63,177 bases of DNA, filler included, from Sphacelaria rigidula (GCA_964200075.2; 6 parts of 6 records of this genome joined end to end with filler, not necessarily neighbours in it), one strand, 5' to 3'; shown: positions 11,581 through 23,127, counted from the whole stretch's first letter. Notes: generated by a model not told the origin, from the letters alone. Made by a program: numbers and translations.

Positions 11581-12250
11581 GCCGGTTTCCTCAGCGGGAT
11601 TCGCGGCGACCGCTCGCGAAGGGGGCGGGGGCAGGAAGCAGCGACCCTGGCAACCGCAGCTCAGAGTGCAGTTCCCCAAAAACCTGCACCTCCGGCATCT
11701 GTGTTTTGACGCTGCCCTTTCCGGGTTACATGCGCATCTGAGTATTTGCAGGTTTCCGGATGTGTCGACGTATGTGTGACTCGACAAGTACACCACAATG
11801 TTATCGCGTGACAGCTCCAACCCCGCTGTGCTCGACAATTCTACACTACCCTTGTGGTGGGTCCTCCTCTCAGGTTCTGTATCCCACCCGCGTCCGTTGA
11901 AGTTCACTGGGGGCATGCTGCGTAGGAAGCTTCCCCCCCAGTATGCGAACACTGCATCGGACTTACTGACGTGCTTGTTACAGGCGTCTAAATCTGGGCA
12001 GCAGCGGGAAGGCTGGTGGTGCCCATTCGCTGTGGTGATACACAAGCGGATCTTCTTCACGTACGACGCCAAGTCGTGTCCGCACGTGAAGAACAGAATC
12101 CCCGAATCCCTGGCAACTTGTGCGAAAGCGTTTTTGCACCTAAAAACGAAAACGGTGGCCAGCAGCTACACGCCCTCGCCCATCTGCAGCGTGAGCCCCC
12201 CATCTTTGGCCATATGTTTTCTGTCGCATGTAGCGGTCGCGGCGTCCTAT
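11353..12250 (-). pseudogene. Decayed C-terminal fragment of an AcademX-like DNA transposon protein (post-XPG motif plus Cys8 zinc finger)
   Basis: PDLDACNKHVSKSDAVFAYW-(16 aa)-GW fits PxxDAxxxHxxRxxxxxxxW-x16-GW. RCACNPERAASKHRCRRCRFLGNCTLSCGCQGRC has eight Cys. An in-frame stop lies upstream near 12165. Confidence 0.6.
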
Positions 12251-12527
12251 CGCGGTACTGAAGTACCATTAAAATTGAGAAGTCGAAATCTATGTCCATG
12301 TCAACGCCGGGAATCTAGATGCACGCCATGAGTTACTATAGTTATTTGATTCCGGGTGTCAAATTACTAACTTGAACTCCTTCTCCAGCTCGGGACAGAC
12401 ACCAAGTGGGACTTGTACATTCGCTTGTGTACAACGCGAGCCGTCGATTTATTTCGGCCCAGCTGTTTGCAGGAAGTGCTGGAGATACGTCTTCATCACA
12501 TTGTTATAAACACACCTGTACTCTTTA

Positions 12528-12973
12528 CAGCGTTTTCTTCGAAACAAGCATTTCTACAAAATGAGGTTGTACGATGAAATGAGGTTCAAGCCCAGGACAG
12601 TGCTTTCCCCACACTTTCAGCGATGGTGCGCGATGACTTTTTTGTCAGCCTCATGCCCCTTGATCACGTAGGTACTCCTTCAGCGCATTTTACCGACTCT
12701 GTGAGCATGTACAGCGCTGACTGCAACCGTGGTTTCCCCTGATACCACCCCCCCCCCTAGAAACATCAGGGAAAATCAAGGTTGCGGTCAACGCTGTACA
12801 TTCTCACAGAGTCGTCATAATGCGCTGAAGAAGTACCAACGCGATCACGGGGTATTGGGTTGACAAAAAGGTCAGCGGGCACCATCGCTGAAAGTGTGGA
12901 GAAAGCACTGTTTTGGGCTTGAACCTCATTTCATCGTACCACCTCGTTTTACAGAATTGCCTGTTTCTTGCTG
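12528..12973. mobile_element. Foldback (palindromic) MITE, arms about 215 bp
   Basis: Arms are reverse complements, e.g. GAAATGAGGTTCAAGCCCA / TGGGCTTGAACCTCATTTC and CACACTTTCAGCGATGGTGC / GCACCATCGCTGAAAGTGTG. Short C-rich loop near 12750. Confidence 0.88.
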
Positions 12974-13034
12974 TGAACACCTTTCAGCACAAAGCTATCA
13001 CTATACCCTTCGCCGGCAGCACAATGCTCTATAT

Positions 13035-13160
13035 TGCACTGAACTTTACTGTACTGTATTGTACTGTACTACACCATACTGTGCTGTGCTGTGCTGCACT
13101 GTAAGATGTTGAACTATACTGTGCTGCGCTGTGGTTTGCCCTATTTTGCTGCTATGTACT
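13035..13160. repeat. Degenerate pentamer microsatellite (CTGTA/CTGTG)n
   Basis: ACTGTACTGTATTGTACTGTAC...CTGTGCTGTGCTGTGCTG. Similar tracts at about 18990-19050 and 28010-28170. Confidence 0.8.
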
Positions 13161-13393
13161 GCCGGTGCAGTACACGGCAGTGCCAATGGCTCATGCACTG
13201 GTGCGGATAAAAGGTTTAAACGTTTTCAAACTTCAGTCACGTCGTTTGAGTCACGGCATGGATGGATTTCAACACAACCTTTTGCTATGGAAATATTGAT
13301 CTCTCTAGATGGTGTAAACACCCTCCTAGTCTCTGCCGGTGGCGTCATGCGAGCGCCGTGCTCTGCCATGACACCGGAGGTGAGGTTTGACGA

Positions 13394-13471
13394 GGGGGGG
13401 GGTAGGGGGGGGGGCGTACTCATTTGTTGCTTGCCTTAGTCGTGTGACCATTGATGGGGGGGGGGGGGGGG
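13394..13471 (-). mobile_element. About 40-bp 3'-terminal fragment of the LINE at 62620-63177, with C-tracts on both sides
   Basis: Minus strand TCAATGGTCACACGACTAAGGCAAGCAACAAATGAGTAC matches 63093-63131. Confidence 0.8.
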
Positions 13472-13551
13472 TTCGCCCAGGCTGCACGGATTCTGCAAAA
13501 GCTCGAAGTAAAAAACACGATTATCGATGCAACTAGCGAAAGTAGCTCTTT

Positions 13552-13583
<32 letters not shown>

Positions 13584-13697
13584 TTTTTTTTTTTTTTTTT
13601 TGGGGGTGGGGTGGTTTGGGGGTGTTCGCCCAGGCTGCACGGATTCTGCAAATGCTCGAAGTAGAAAGCACGATTATCGATGCAACTTGCGAGAGGA
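13472..13697. repeat. About 70-bp direct duplication separated by a poly(T) tract
   Basis: TTCGCCCAGGCTGCACGGATTCTGCAAA.GCTCGAAGTA.AAA.CACGATTATCGATGCAACT at 13472 and 13626. Confidence 0.85.
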
Positions 13698-14771
13698 ACT
13701 GCTTGTCAGTATATAAACACACCTGGATCGTCTTCGAGCCCACTCCTTCCACTCGGGCGATGCTTTCAGGTCCGCAGCTGCATGCACAAGGTGTGGGGAA
13801 GCTCGGGGCGAAATTAGGGTATTTGCCATCATCCACGGTTTCTCCCGGAGGCGTCTATTTCGTTATATAAATAAAAAATGCTTGGCGCAACACTGTACGG
13901 ATATAGTCGTGGCCGGGTCATGGTGACTGACGAAACATGACAACCCGAGCCCTCTACTGTACGCCCTTTATCATTCACCGCAGCTCGAGCCCTCGTGAAC
14001 CTGGGGTGCACCGTATCGTATCCCAGCTGCCGCACTCTCAGTGCCTCGGGTCACGCTCCTTCAGTCGAAACTAGGCAATGAGGGCTTTGATCGGTTGAAT
14101 GATCGATTGTACTGTCGATATTGCTACCGTACAGCTGCCACGACTGTCCCGAGGAGGGCGGCGGCAGGCGGCTGATGGACATGACGGGGGGAAAGTGGGT
14201 CGGTGTAGGCAACAGCAGGGCTAATGAGTGTGAGTCGGGGTGAGCTCGCGATGCGAGCTACTCGGCTTATCGGGAGTACTTCGATCACGTTAGTCGACAA
14301 CGTCCCTGTTGCTGTCAGTGTTCTGCTGTCTCATGTGTTGTGTTGTCTGTTTCGGCAAAATATGTCGTCGTGCGGCGGTTGTCTTGTCTCGTGTACTGCA
14401 CTGTTGTCTACATATTTCTTGTTTCGGTTGACGGAAATGTCAGTATCATGAGCTGGGCCAGCCTGGAAGCGGATCTGCAAGTTGCCGACCCGTTCTCACC
14501 TCAAGTTCGAGAGTTGAACTTCCAAATTTGCCATTGAGAATGACCAGGGCAAATTAAAAGTAAGTGCGTCGGGCCGGGATTTTTTTTTTTTTCGTCTGAG
14601 TGCACTGACATTTTCCTAAAAACTGCATATTGGTTATTGCCTTCAATCCTTAGACAGCGAGCCCCCCGCAGGTGGACTGAATTGGACTCTGCCACTCTAG
14701 GTGTTCAGAACAGCTTTTTTCTCGCAACACAAATTGCGTTTTTCATGAACACGTGAATGTTTGGCATTTAG

Positions 14772-15309
14772 AGTAGTGGGCGGTCTGACTATTCAGGGGC
14801 GCTTTGGGGTTTTCCTCGCGTACTACTGTTCGACTGAACTCGAAATTTCCAGTGTCGGTGAATTCTGGTATAATGAACAGATCCTTTTCGAAACGCAGTG
14901 CCCAAGTCAGTGTTAGTTTGTGTTATCGGGCGATACGAGTGAATACCCCGTTTATCAGAAGGGTGTTATTAACCGGGAAACAGGGTTTGTCGGCTCTAGT
15001 GTAATGAGTAGGTAGAATAATAATAAAAAAACGTACATGTTCTCGCAAATATGATCGTGACAGGCTCGATCGACCGAAAATACCGAAGAGTAAGAATGTA
15101 GGCTGAAACGTGGCAGGACCCCCGACGACCGATCAGCCCGTAAGTCACTCAATATTGAGTACAGATGTTTTTTTCTTGGAATATGGAACGGATACAAATA
15201 TCATCAGATCCCCAATGTGAAAAGCGGTGACAAGCGAAAAAACCGAAAAAATCGCCAATTACGAAAGAATCACAAAATGCCGCAAAATGAATAGTTTGAC
15301 CGCCCGCTA
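14772..15309. mobile_element. TIR element whose right end abuts or is interrupted by the element at 15310
   Basis: GAGTAGTGGGCGGTCTGACTATTC / GAATAGTTTGACCGCCCGCTA inverted repeat. Confidence 0.55.
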
Positions 15310-16334
15310 CTGTTATGGGCGCGCCTGACCCCCCCAAATGAGCCTAAATAGTGTCACCGACCAAAAGCACGAACAGACCGGAGATCTCGTTCATCCGCTG
15401 ACTATGCACGCCGTAAAATCCCCCGAAGTACTTTCGATTTGAGTAGGGTTTCCGTTTCACGCTTTCAAAGTTTTCTCGTTCCGGAGTACGAACCACGGCG
15501 TGGCTCGGCCACTCACCGGCGTGCATTTGTCCAAGCTACAATCGAACCGGGTGGTTTTCCCAAATGAGTTACGGCGATCGAGAGAATCGCAAAAAAAAAA
15601 AACATGTTCGTTTCACTTAAATCATCATAAAACTCACATCCTGATGAAATATAAACATTCATCCGGTACAATTGTAGCTGCCGTCTTGGCGCAGATGATG
15701 CGATAAGTCGCATCCCACTCCATGGCCGTGGTGATGAGTATTTTCTGAATCAGATCGAGCTATGATCGCAAACACGCGCCTCCAACCCTCGCCGTTTTTC
15801 ACAAAACGCGAAAACCTCACCCCTGTCTAACGACCGCAGAATACATGACACCCATGAATGACTCTTGATAGTGCAGATGGTTTATAAATCAGATACGTGG
15901 AATGTTCGAGAGGTGTAGAATTTGAACCTTCGACCGAACCCCCAGAAGCTAGAATTACCTTCGCGGCCTCACTTTCTGCAGGGAATGTATGTACCACCCT
16001 TGTCCGAGTGTTCTCGGTGTGTGTTGGGTTTGTTCAACCCAACCAGCCTCCTTGCATGCCAGGGTATCGCAAGCGCGGACGAAAATCGAACCAGTGGCAT
16101 GTAATATATGAAGAACAACAACAGAAATAGCGGTGGGGTTCTGATTTTTGAATGCAGTACTATCTTTCTCGATATGAATTTTAGATCCATGTCGTTTTCT
16201 TCCGATGACGTAAGGCACACTTTACCCCACGATCCTGGATTTGCCCCAGAAGTCAGTCTGTTTGTGTCTGTTCGTGCTTTTGGTCGGTGACACTTTTTTT
16301 GCCCATTGTGGGGGGTCAGGCGCGCCCATAACTG
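15310..16334. mobile_element. Non-autonomous Tc1/mariner-like element (about 70-bp TIRs, TA TSD)
   Basis: TA|CTGTTATGGGCGCGCCTGACCCCCC...GTCACCGACCAAAAGCACGAACAGAC and its reverse complement ending ...GCGCGCCCATAACTG|TA. No transposase ORF recognised. Confidence 0.8.
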
Positions 16335-16384
16335 TATTAGGAGTATTTCGGGGATATACACGCTACACGTGCCACAGTGTTACA

Positions 16385-16810
16385 CCTTACGTTCACGTTA
16401 CGTTTTGCCCGACACGTGACGTGAACGTTAAAAAAATGTCACGCGATGAACATACCGTGACCGTAACGTTCAATTTTCAAATGAAGCGTTAACGTAACGT
16501 TTATGTTTTTGAACGTGACATACGTAACGTAACGTGAACGCTGAATTTCCCAATCGTTCAAAACACGTATCATGAAAGTTTCATGTAACGTGTAACGTAT
16601 ATTACACGTTACACATGCATTAGACATTATACGTTACATGAAACGTTTCATGTTACGTTACACGTTACACACGTTACATGAAACGTCATAAACACGTTAC
16701 ATGAAGCGGTGACACTTCAAGTTTGCGATCAATATCTAAATCCTAAAGGATGGTTCTTCAGCGTCACGTACACGGTGACGTCACGCGTTACATGACACGT
16801 TACAACGCCT
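16385..16810. repeat. Degenerate ACGTTAC/GTAACGT-rich repeat tract
   Basis: Dense CACGTTAC, CGTAACGT and GTTACATGAAACG motifs in both orientations. Confidence 0.7.
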
Positions 16811-17637
16811 TAGACACGGGTGAAGAGAGTTTCGGGGGAAGAAAAACCAGAACTCGAGGGATATATATATATATATATACATGTATATAAATTAAGCCGT
16901 ACGGGACCCAGGGCTGCGCCCCGGTCCCGTCCGTGTTTTTCGAGGGTCTCGGTATTCTTGCCTTGCCAAGCCCTCGTGAGAATAGATCCTCTCTCGGAAT
17001 ATTCATGCCCGCCGGAAACATTGCAGGACCACCGCGATCGCGCGGCCGTTTGTGGACGGCCGCGAACGCATGTGTACCCCCGCAAAAAGTAATGTACGAA
17101 TCCGCTCACTGGACCCCTAGCATTGGCATTGGCCCGAACAGGCATCTCCCGGAGCGGGTGCGGAGAAACTTGGACACTAAAATCAGCATTGAATCGCGTG
17201 GACGCCTCGTTACGAAGTATGCTTGACGCTCGTGAGTTCGAAATATTTTCTCTCTCTATATATATACTATATAAGCGAGAAACGACTGAATGTTTTACGC
17301 TGAAACTCCAGGTTTGTTTTGTTATTTTGTTTCACCACGTAGGTGTGGACCGTGGCCAACCTTTCAGGCTTTAGTATTTTCTGTTCCGAATGTCACGTGG
17401 TCGGTGTCATGAGTTGAAGAGGTAAACATCAGGCCGTGCTGTCCTGCGTTTGTACTCTGCACCCACTCATGCGGTTCTACCCGTGCAACGCGAAGGAGCA
17501 TGTACAGAGCCGTGCTACGATAGGTTGGGTGTTTGATTCCAGGAAGCAAGGACTCATAGATGTTTCGGACAACCTGACAAACTCGACGTGCGCTTGTATT
17601 TGGGTAAGACGGCGTCAAGCAGTAGGAATGAGCGTTA

Positions 17638-18603
17638 CAAGGGTAGGCCGAGTAAAGTATACTCAATACTCAGTATTTTTGAAGAGTCATACTTTTGGTA
17701 CTCGAAGTTTGAGTAGAGGATTTGAGGTCGTACTCAATCTGCTCGATTATTCGAGTAGAGTAGTTGAGATCATACTCAGTCTACTCGAAATTTGAGTAGC
17801 GCATTGAGGTCATACTCAAGTGAAACTCTATACTCAAGTATTACTGAGAGTGCTTACTCAACATCTAAGTAGAGTGTTTGAGGTCGTACTCGATCTACTC
17901 AAAATTTGAGTAGAGTATTGGAGGCCGTACTCAACGTACTCAAGATCTGAGTAGAGTATTTGAGACCATACTCAACCTACTCGAAAATTGAGTAGAGTAC
18001 GTGAAGCCGTACTCGACATACTCGAAATTTGAGTAGAGTATTGAGGTCATACTCAAGTGATACTCTGTACCCAAGTACTACTGAAAGTGCTTACAACAAT
18101 GCTTTCGTGATATTGAGAGTACAGGATACGATTGAGAGTGAAAAGCGGTCAATTAATGAATGAAGCGTTCCACTTCAGAAACGCTTCTCCACGAGACCCG
18201 ATATGCGTTTTGTAGTAGCTTGCCACTTTAGCCCTTGATATCCCTGAGTAGGATATCGACGTGTAGCTGTAAGCACACGCCAGTGAAGGAGGCAAAGAAA
18301 AGCACACACGGAATGAAAAAATGGCTGAGTTAAAGCGAATGACCAAAGCCAATCTCAATCTGCGCTCTACTCTCAATCTCACGGAAACGCCCTTTCACTC
18401 AAAATTTGAGTAGAGTGTTTGAGGTCGTACTCGACCTACTCAAAATTTGAGTAGAGTATTTGAGGCTGTGCTCGACCCACTCGAAATTTGAGTAGAGTAT
18501 TTGACGCCGTACTCGACCTACTCAAACGTCGAGCAGAGTGAATACTTGGATATTTACCTCGAGTACTCAAGAGTACGTACGTACTCTAGTCGACCTCCCG
18601 TTG
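17638..18603. mobile_element. hAT-type non-autonomous element with an internal 41-bp tandem array and a nested MITE
   Basis: Ends CAAGGGTAGGCCGAGTA / TAGTCGACCTCCCGTTG. 8-bp TSD GAGCGTTA/GAGCATTA. Unit GAGTAGAGTA-N10-TACTC-N4-TACTC-N7 at 17908, 17949, 17990, 18031. Confidence 0.8.
18097..18392 (+). mobile_element. MITE family A, nested in the 41-bp array
   Basis: TIR TTTCGTGATATTGAGAGTA / TACTCTCAATCTCACGGAAA. Colinear with 34436-34728. Confidence 0.82.
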
Positions 18604-19605
18604 GAGCATTATTTATCGGTAACACGCGCGTTCGGACGATCGTTGCCTCTTTCAACGATAATTCGAAGTCAAGTTTCGTGGAAGCAATGGCCTAAAATAC
18701 CCCCCGTCCTACCGTATCATGACTAGAGTTGTTTGTGCTGTCCCCGTACCGTTGAATATGTGACAGCAGTATCGTCAACACAGCCTCCGGGTACGAACAC
18801 GGCACAGTCCACAGCGTTGGGCACACAGGCAGTGCACCTTGGCGCCCGCTAGCCATTCACAAGTCCTGCATATGTCGGTGTGTGGTACAGCACTTGTGCA
18901 AGTTGTGACAGCTGAGAGTTGTGCTGTTGCACTACCTGTTGTTGTTGTCTTCACATTAGAACAAAACGTATGTAGACAGTTATGTATACTGTCTGTAGTA
19001 ACTGTTCTGTACTGTACTGTCTGTACTGTACTGTCTGTACTGTCTGTAGTACAAGTATACGCATGCCTGTGTGTGTGCGTGTGCATATTTTGAGGAAGTA
19101 CAGGGATTCTCGATAAAGGTTCACTGTGCAGTAATCCTAGCTGCGTGGAGGCGAACGGGGGAAGAGAGACACCTGTCGACCTGGCTAGAGTTGACGCGGA
19201 AGGGCGGAAGTGGTTCACTCATGCAGCCGCTACGAGGACTCCGACAGAATGGCCACCCAACGGTGATGTACCTGCGCGAGGTAACGCAAGCTTCACGTTG
19301 CCATTTCGTTAAGTCCTCGTAGCGGCTGCTTGAGCAGCCGATCCCCGCCCTTTCGCGTCATCATAAGCCAGGTCGACTGGTGTCTCGGCTTCCCCGTTCG
19401 CCTCCAAGTGTTCGTCGTAGGCTTGGGTCACCCTCGTGAACGGGCTGCTATTACCAGCGCTGTCACAGGCGTTCACGGCATCCGTCATCGCCCCGTTTAC
19501 GATATTTGTCCTACGGCTGTGTTCTGTAACCTTGGTCGCTATGGGGCAAGGTGTCTAGTTCCGGTTCCTAACCCGATGGTGGGCACCAACGCTTCGGAAT
19601 GTTTA

Positions 19606-19900
19606 TGAGTTGGGTCAGCCTAAATACGGATTCAAGCTCTAAAACCAATATCTCATCGACACAGGCGAGTTGGGCCGTGATCCGCATATCGTACTAGTCG
19701 TCTAATCAAGGGGAAGGTGCCCATTTGCACAAACATCTGGGCCAATTTTTTATCGCCGATGAAACCGCATGTCTAGTATTTCCTATACCCTACGGAGATA
19801 GCGTCCACACTAAAATCCATATGAAAACCCGAACGATACATCCAGCAGATGATGACGAATTTTGGTGTGGACCTTCCGTGGAGCACGGGGAGACGATATA
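19606..19900 (+). repeat. Dispersed repeat (inverted copy at 44075-44372)
   Basis: Shared blocks CGAGTTGGGCCGTGATC, TCTGGGCCAATT, TACGGA.ATAGCGTCCA and TTTGGTGTGGAC. Confidence 0.8.
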
Positions 19901-20100
19901 TACCCTCACCTTCACCTAGTTCGTTTTTTACCTCGAGATATGGCGCGCATAAGTTTTCCTACTAAAATCAATATATTACGAGCAGAGGCACAAGATGCCC
20001 CAAATCTGTATATCGCATCTCGGTTTTTGGAAGTTGTTCACACCCTGGACAATACATTATGTTTCCAACATATATTAGTCAATCATATTGAATTTTGCGA

Positions 20101-20405
20101 TATATTGCCGGTGTAATATTTATTGATACCCTTATACCGCACATGTATTGCGCGCCCAATATATATTGATGTCGTGGGACTGCATACATATTGCTCGCTC
20201 AATATATATATATATATATATATATATTGGTACTATTGGGTTGTACACATTTTGTCCCATCAATATATATATATTGGGGCAGTGTGGGCGACAGCATATT
20301 GCACGACCAATATATATTAGGGTCGCACTGATGAGAACATATTGACCGGTCAATATATATTGGGTCTGCGTGGGTGACAATGTATTGGCCGGTCAATATA
20401 TATTA
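20101..20405. repeat. 43-bp-period array: (C/T)ATATTG-N6-CAATATATATTG-N18
   Basis: Seven motif blocks separated by six variable segments of exactly 18 bp. Two blocks have expanded (AT)n. Confidence 0.8.
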
Positions 20406-20864
20406 GATAATATAAGTATCGTGTACGCTCTAGGAGAGATCGAGACGCGATGGATGCCGGAGCCCGAGCAGATTGGGAAAAGCTTTCAAGGGAGCCGCAG
20501 AAGTTCGCGTGCATTACTCCGGAAAGTTGTCGAATGCGTTTGATATATGTGTATATATATATACTGGTTAGAAAATATGGTGACAGAAGAGGCGCCCCGG
20601 TATATCTGCCTCCTGATATCTATCTGGCCATCGATGTGGGGCCGCCCATCCCCTTTCGAGCATGTAATATAAATATTCTGGCTAAACATCACGACGACAG
20701 AAAACGCTGGTCGATATGCGCCTTTTGGTACCCCTGTGGTCACCGGGGCTGTGTTGCTTATACCCTGGACAATATAATATGTTCCAATATGATACCAATA
20801 CTTTGTATTGGAGCCAGCGCAAATATTGTCCTTTCAATATATTGTAAGGAAGGCGTATCGCTAG

Positions 20865-20996
20865 AGTAGTCAGAGACCTACGGGGGAGACAGCCGTCCTG
20901 ATGCCGAAGGAACGATGACTTCCTCTTGTATATGTAGGCAAGAAGTGGGGTCAGACGAGAAGTGGTCGCCATAGGCGACCAGGGCCTCAGGGGATG
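20865..20996 (-). repeat. Fragment related to the upstream region of the Gypsy remnant (25670-25830)
   Basis: The reverse complement shares CCCCACTTCTTGCCTACATAT, CAAGAGGAA and GTCTCCCCCGTAGGTCTCTGACTAC with 25718-25828. Confidence 0.75.
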
Positions 20997-21096
20997 NNNN
21001 NNNNNNNNNNNNNNNNNNNNNNNNNNNNNNNNNNNNNNNNTTAATTAATTAANNNNNNNNNNNNNNNNNNNNNNNNNNNNNNNNNNNNNNNNNNNN
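20997..21096. other. Artificial contig spacer
   Basis: 44 N + TTAATTAATTAA + 44 N. Confidence 0.99.
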
Positions 21097-21105
21097 GTTG
21101 ATTAA

Positions 21106-21209
21106 CCCTTGGACCGCGGTGCCCGTAGTCCATCTGGACCACGCGTGTACCTTTTCCAAGTGAATATTGATGCCGATTCAGCAGGTGACCTACTCTCGCG
21201 GTCTGACGG
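21106..21209 (+). mobile_element. piggyBac-like MITE (about 100 bp), diverged copy
   Basis: TTAA|CCCTTGGACCGCG...CGCGGTCTGACGG|TCAA. Colinear with 33637-33736. Confidence 0.75.
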
Positions 21210-22874
21210 TCAAGTCCTCCTGCGGAGTTTGGGGGGGGAAGATACTTTCGCTCTGTGTTACTCTTTTGTATCTTCCCTGCAAGAAAGAAATGCGACTTCA
21301 GCCCCATTTTAGTGTTGAACCCCAAAATTTAAAATCGGCTGTTATATGTTCCTGAAAAAACGTAGTCGCCCACCTACCCTACAGATATAATAAACTTCAT
21401 TTTTCTTGCATTTTTCAGTTCTCACCAGTATGCGTTTGAGACATCACGCGGTATGGAAACTGCTTCACAGACAGTGCAGTCGGTATCCTGTAGTACGGGA
21501 CAGGACAGGGCGAAAAAGTACAAGCAGTACGGCATACACGTATACTTTGCGCCAGTTTGTGCACAGCGTAATTGATTGCCTGTTGAGATCATCAACGGTA
21601 TCTCTCTTTGTTCTACTGTTTTCCTCCGTTCACAAGTATGTATACTTTTAGACACCTCATGTACCGAAATTACTGTACAGACAGTGCAGTCAGTATACTG
21701 TCGTATAGGATGCAGTGCTGAAAACTGAAATCTGGACGCAGCTTGGAGTTATATTTTGGGAGGTGATGACACTAACGCGTTCGTTGTTGTCGGTGGTCAT
21801 CATTCGCCCTAACAGTGAAGGAGGTCTGTTGAGTGACTTCACGAAGTCAGTAACGGATAGCTAACTGGTCACACCCAAGTGATACTCTACACCTCGGTAT
21901 TGCATTACTCACCCATTATTTGGGTGGAGTTTGAAGTCATGAATTGCCCTGTGTTCAGGGCGCTTCCAATTTCAATTTATTCCGGTGTTTGTGACGTTGC
22001 CGTCTTGGACTACGGCGGCGAAACCGGAGTGGTCTCGGCTGGACCCTTGTTATAGAAGTGGCTCTAAAATGAAGGTCTGCCGGCACCCGGGGTTCGGTGA
22101 TGTGTCGTTTCACGGAAGCGTAAAGTTGTATTGAATCATAAATCATGTTCGTGTTATGCCGTCGCCCTACATCCGCAAGGGCCCGCAGCAAGCCGGCGCT
22201 GAGACGCGAGCCGTTTCCCGGTAAATTCCCGCCAGGTCGTCCCGCACTAGTCCTAGCCACTACCACGCCTGTTTTCAAGTACATGTACAGGACTTGCTCC
22301 CCGGTATGCCACAGACTATAAGTTGCAAACTGCTGTTTCTCGGGCAGAGAGGAGACAGCGTCAAGCGTCAAGAGGCTGGACGCTGGGCCGAGGGGCCTCA
22401 TGTCGGGAAATGATGGCACCACCCCTTCCCAGGTCGCCCAAACCTCATTCTGAGGCCGTAGGAGGGGGGGGGGGGGGGGGGGTAACCTCCGGGTACCCTA
22501 TTTTAGGAGGGGGGCATCCCCCTGATCGATGGATAATGGCGAAAGTAGCTGCTGTTCGTGTGCGCATCGGTCCTAGAATACACATCCATGCATATAAAAT
22601 ATGCTGCTTGCTACTGTATTCGACACTGCGTACACTGCGTACCAACCGCAGCGTGACGCCTTCGGCGGTACTACCTGCTCACTGCACAGCGGCAGGGTGC
22701 AGGGTGACAAAGCATACCGCAGGACGTCACCTGTTTAGCTTATCGCTGTCCTGCATTGATTTCGCGGTGTCCTATGCGTCACATGATAAGTGCAATCGCT
22801 TGTACCTGCGGCCGACGTGTACGCGGGATATCACCCCTCGCTACGCGCTATATCGCTACGCCACATTCTGTTAA

Positions 22875-23127
22875 GAGTGATGCTACGGTAGGGTTGCACT
22901 TTTTGAGCGAAAGTGTTTCTCGGGGTATTACACGGATCATTTTAAGAATCGGCATCATTTTCACTTGAAATAGACTGCAAATGATGCCGATTCACGAAAA
23001 GGCCCCTCTGTGCATCTCCATGTCCGGTCCCGGGGAGATTGGTTTGCATAGTAAGCCCCATATATATGGGCTCCTCCAAAAACGAGACCCAGAAACAAAA
23101 AGTGCAACCCCTATCGTAGATTTGCTC
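22875..23127. mobile_element. TTAA-flanked MITE with purine-starting TIRs (Kolobok-like)
   Basis: TTAA|GAG...CTACGGTAGGGTTGCACTTTTTG and CAAAAAGTGCAACCCCTATCGTAG...CTC|TTAA. Confidence 0.7.

Noticed and set aside
17650..18580. CRISPR-like array of palindromic 41-bp units
   Set aside because: The units are diverged tandem copies with no unique spacers, there are no cas genes, the context is eukaryotic, and the array lies inside a TIR/TSD-bounded element.
20101..20405. CRISPR call for the 43-bp repeat-spacer pattern
   Set aside because: The 18-bp variable segments are short and partly homologous to each other, and there are no cas genes. Kept only as an unusual array.
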